A stretch of 35,450 nt of DNA. It comes from an uncultured Steroidobacteraceae bacterium. Lineage in GTDB: Bacteria > Pseudomonadota > Gammaproteobacteria > Steroidobacterales > Steroidobacteraceae. The position numbers and the translations under genes were made by a program. A model generated the notes under the pieces. The model searched no databases, had not been told where the DNA came from, and saw nothing but the letters and a program-made list of their open reading frames with translations. Below, piece after piece: positions 32,960 through 35,450 of this stretch (position 1 is its first letter; the number at the start of each line of letters is the position of its first letter). The DNA lies in NCBI GenBank assembly GCA_964395195.1, contig CAYNCY010000001.1:1-35450 (forward strand), read 5' to 3'.

Positions 32960-34225
32960 TCAATCGTGTTCGGCGAGCAGGGTTTGGACGAGCGTCGTGA
33001 ACTCGCGCCGGTACTCATCGTAATGCCGGCCGGTCGCAGGACCTGCGAAGCCGGAGTGTACATTGCGCACGACGCCCTTGCGGTCGAGCACCAGCGTCGT
33101 CGGGAACGCGAACACGCGGCCGAGTCGCGGGAGCTTGCGGGTCGCCTCGTCCTTGTCCGAGATCCCCGCGATCAGCACCGGCCACTCGATGCCGTATTCG
33201 GCAACGAAGCGGCGATTGGCCGCCGCTGCCTGCGGGAAATCACCGAAATACTCGAACTCGAGGCTGACGATCTCAAGACCGCGCGGATGCAGCTCGCGGT
33301 ATAGCGGCGCGAAGAAGGCCGCCTCGTCGTGGCAGTTCGGGCACCAGCTGCCGCCGAGCGCGACGACAAGCACCTTGCCCTTGAAGCGTTCGTCGGTGAA
33401 CGACACGGTGTGGCCGTCGAGGTCCGGAAAGCTGAATGCAAAGGGCGCATCGGCCGCGGCCGCCGCGGCCGCGACCGCCGGGTCGGTGAGCGATGCGTTC
33501 TCATCGCGCCGCGCGACGAGCTCCTGCTCGGACCAGTTGCCGGACCAGAAGCTCCCCTTGAGCGTGCCGTCGGGCAGCAGGCGCGCGTGGTACAGGAACG
33601 CCGCCCCGCCGTCGAAGCGCGACAGGCGCAGCTCATCGCCCACGACGTCGCCCTCGAGGTAGCGATGATCGCCCGTTGGATCGAGGATCGTGCCGATGAC
33701 GTGCGCGCCGTCCTGGTTGAGCTCCGCGATTGCAGGGAGCGTGGCGCCATCCTTGCCGGTGAAGGTCACGGCCCAGCGGCCCGCGACGCTCGGCGCGTCG
33801 GCCGAGGGTGTCGCGGCAAAGCGGTAGTTCTCGCCGGCGACGGCATGGAACGGCAGCCGCACCTCGCGGCCGCCGCGGCGCATCAGGACCGCAACGCCGG
33901 TGAGCCCCGTGGCATCGCGCGTCGCCTCGATCCGGTTCTCGTAGCCGTTGAGACGCAGCACGAAGTGCCGGCCGTCGACCGAGATCTCGGTCGACTTCGC
34001 CGATTCGGCGCCGGTCTCGAGCGCGACCGCCAGGTGGCCGCCCTCGTTGGTCACCGCGAACCCGAACGGCAGCTCGCCAGCCGGCAGGAGCAGCGTCGCG
34101 CGGTAGTGTCCGGGCACCAGCGCCTCCCGCGGCACCTCCGGGTGCGGCGGCCGCCCGCATGCGCCGAGGGCCGCGAGCAGCGTCGCGCCGAAGATGAAGT
34201 GCAGGAGACGGTGGCGGGACAGCAT
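32960..34225 (-). CDS. lipoprotein with a C-terminal TlpA/redoxin thioredoxin-fold domain (WCPNC) and an N-terminal extension of about 250 aa
   Basis: 421 aa. Lipobox LAALGACG. C-terminus has KVLVVALGGSWCPNCHDEAAFF...PTTLVLDRKG. The N-terminal half is beta-rich and shows no motif I recognise. Confidence 0.8.
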   Translation of the reverse strand: MLSRHRLLHFIFGATLLAALGACGRPPHPEVPREALVPGHYRATLLLPAGELPFGFAVTNEGGHLAVALETGAESAKSTEISVDGRHFVLRLNGYENRIEATRDATGLTGVAVLMRRGGREVRLPFHAVAGENYRFAATPSADAPSVAGRWAVTFTGKDGATLPAIAELNQDGAHVIGTILDPTGDHRYLEGDVVGDELRLSRFDGGAAFLYHARLLPDGTLKGSFWSGNWSEQELVARRDENASLTDPAVAAAAAAADAPFAFSFPDLDGHTVSFTDERFKGKVLVVALGGSWCPNCHDEAAFFAPLYRELHPRGLEIVSLEFEYFGDFPQAAAANRRFVAEYGIEWPVLIAGISDKDEATRKLPRLGRVFAFPTTLVLDRKGVVRNVHSGFAGPATGRHYDEYRREFTTLVQTLLAEHD

Positions 34226-34244
34226 GGCGAGGCAGCCTCGAGGT

Positions 34245-35219
34245 TCAGCGGACCGGGAGCTCGACGTCGGCGAAGAGCGCGGCGAGCGCCTCGCCGGACC
34301 CGGCGCGGATCGCCTGGTCGACGAGTCGCCGGTTGAGATGCGGCGCGAAGGCCTTCAGGAACTCGTACATGTAGCCGCGCAGCAGGCGTCCGCGGCGGAA
34401 CCCGATCCAGGTGACGTGCGGGGCGAAGAGGTGCGCCGCGTCGAGCACGACGAGGTCGTCGTCTTCCTTCGGGTCGATCGCCATGCTGGCGAGGATGCCG
34501 ACGCCGAGGCCGAGGCGGACGTACGTCTTGATGACGTCGGCATCGCTCGCGGTCAGCGCGACGTTGAGCTTGAGGCCGGCGCTCTCGAAGAGCGCCGGGA
34601 GCGAGGAGCGCCCGCCGAAGCTAAACGTGTACGTGACGAGCGGGTAGCGCGCGAGCGCCTTCAGCGTGACGTCGCGCTCGGTGGCGAGCGGATGCCCGCG
34701 CGGCACGACGATGCGGCGCTGCCAGCGGTAGCAGGGCAGCAGCACCAGCCCCGGGAAGAGCGGATCGGCGCCGGTCGCGATCGCGAAGTCGATGCGGTCG
34801 AGCTTCGCGAGCTCGGCGATCTGCTCCGACGTGCCCTGGTGCAGGTGCAGGTCGACCTCCGGATAGCTGCCGCGGAACTGCTGCACGATCGGTGGCAGCA
34901 CGTAGCGCGCCTGCGTGTGCGTGGTGCCGATCGAGAGGGAGCCCGTCCGGTCGTCCTTGAGGTCGGCCGACAGGCGACGGATGTTCTGTGCTTCCTCGAG
35001 GATCCTGAGCGCGCGGTCGACGACCTGCTGCCCGGCCGCGGTGACGCTGATCAGGTTCCTGCCCTCGCGCTCGAACAGCGGAAACCCGAGCTCGTCCTCG
35101 AGGAGCTTCAGCTGCTTGCTGACGCCCGGCTGGGACGTGTGGAGCTTGCGCGCGGCGGTCGTGATGTTGAGTCCGTTCTGGACGACCGCGGTCAGGTACC
35201 TGAGCTGGTGGAGTTTCAT
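34245..35219 (-). CDS. cysB: LysR-family regulator of the CysB/Cbl subfamily
   Basis: 324 aa. MKLHQLRYLTAVVQNGLNITTAARKLHTSQPGVSKQLKLLEDELG...TTHTQARYVLP...TASDADVIKTYVRLGLGVGILASMA closely follows E. coli CysB. Confidence 0.85.
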   Translation of the reverse strand: MKLHQLRYLTAVVQNGLNITTAARKLHTSQPGVSKQLKLLEDELGFPLFEREGRNLISVTAAGQQVVDRALRILEEAQNIRRLSADLKDDRTGSLSIGTTHTQARYVLPPIVQQFRGSYPEVDLHLHQGTSEQIAELAKLDRIDFAIATGADPLFPGLVLLPCYRWQRRIVVPRGHPLATERDVTLKALARYPLVTYTFSFGGRSSLPALFESAGLKLNVALTASDADVIKTYVRLGLGVGILASMAIDPKEDDDLVVLDAAHLFAPHVTWIGFRRGRLLRGYMYEFLKAFAPHLNRRLVDQAIRAGSGEALAALFADVELPVR

Positions 35220-35329
35220 GGTGTACGCGCCGGGCGCGTCGGGTGTTGGCAGGGTGGGTCCGTGGCGGCCGGAGTGCCGCAGAGGGCGCCCGGGCGCGCT
35301 ATGTTGGCCAGTACCGGCGGGGAGGGCAA

Positions 35330-35347
35330 GACCCCGGGGCCGGGGTC
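35330..35347 (-). terminator. 18-nt perfect GC palindrome just after the ABC-exporter stop (possible terminator hairpin, weak U-tract)
   Basis: GACCCCGGGGCCGGGGTC lies 5 nt downstream of the stop at 35353-35355 on the minus strand, followed by TTGCCCTC. Confidence 0.3.
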
Positions 35348-35352
35348 ACCCC

Positions 35353-35450
35353 TCAGCGGTAGCCGCGCGCCTGCAGCGAAAAAAGCATCGCGTACCGGCC
35401 ATCGAGGCGCATCAGCTCCTCGTGCGAGCCGCTCTCGACGATGCGCCCGC
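35353..35450 (-). CDS. C-terminal end of an ABC-transporter ATP-binding protein (exporter type); the rest lies beyond the right edge
   Basis: Hand translation gives ...GRIVESGSHEELMRLDGRYAMLFSLQARGYR*, the typical tail of MsbA-like ABC exporters. Confidence 0.6.
   Translation of the reverse strand, partial: GRIVESGSHEELMRLDGRYAMLFSLQARGYR

Noticed and set aside
1-35450. Search for CRISPR arrays, tRNA/rRNA genes, IS elements, integrases, phage or defence-system genes, and long direct or inverted repeats marking an island
   Set aside because: None recognised by eye. Every sizeable ORF has a housekeeping, stress or transport family assignment. Composition is uniform apart from short promoter-like AT patches and the 3' end of one regulator. 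A proper repeat or HMM scan would be needed for certainty.

Overview
This is a 35.45-kb, very GC-rich window (roughly 70% by eye). Its gene content looks like ordinary proteobacterial (beta/gamma-like) chromosome rather than a mobile or defence island. I call 37 protein-coding genes, 29 of them on the minus strand, tightly packed with several ATGA/TGATG start-stop overlaps. I found no rRNA, tRNA, CRISPR array, transposase, integrase or phage gene. Many long ORFs in the track are antisense 'shadow' ORFs typical of high-GC DNA, including the 1454-aa one, and are rejected.

Gene content, left to right:
- qor (truncated at the edge), a GFA-family gene, a hypoxanthine-DNA glycosylase-like gene and a secreted SnoaL-like gene
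- a DAK2(FakA-like)-DegV fusion
- exeA/gspB type II secretion accessory pair
- DUF3667 followed by dinB
- 3-hydroxybutyrate-oligomer hydrolase
- two tandem orphan NarL-type response regulators
- an amidase with a translationally coupled 74-aa partner
- DUF1993 and pgl
- an ECF sigma module
- oxyR, divergent from ahpC-ahpD-nudix
- a PAS hybrid histidine kinase, a DMT transporter, lipoprotein sodC and DUF2127
- a tetR-OMF-MFP-RND efflux operon
- a GNAT-yajQ-2-hydroxyacid dehydrogenase cluster
- a TlpA-like lipoprotein, cysB and the tail of an ABC exporter

The most interesting things I can see directly:
1. A back-to-back pair of identical ECF-type promoter motifs, one apparently driving an unannotated 48-codon membrane ORF that may be leaderless.
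2. The single-chain FakA-like/FakB-like fusion.
3. The amidase plus hidden small subunit, followed by two kinase-less response regulators.
4. An 18-bp stem-loop between ahpC and ahpD.
5. A perfect TetR operator overlapping a promoter that predicts a leaderless tetR mRNA.

I do not see convincing evidence of a wholly new multi-gene system. All functional calls rest on motif recognition by eye, not on database searches. Hand-derived coordinates of non-CDS elements may be off by 1-2 nt.
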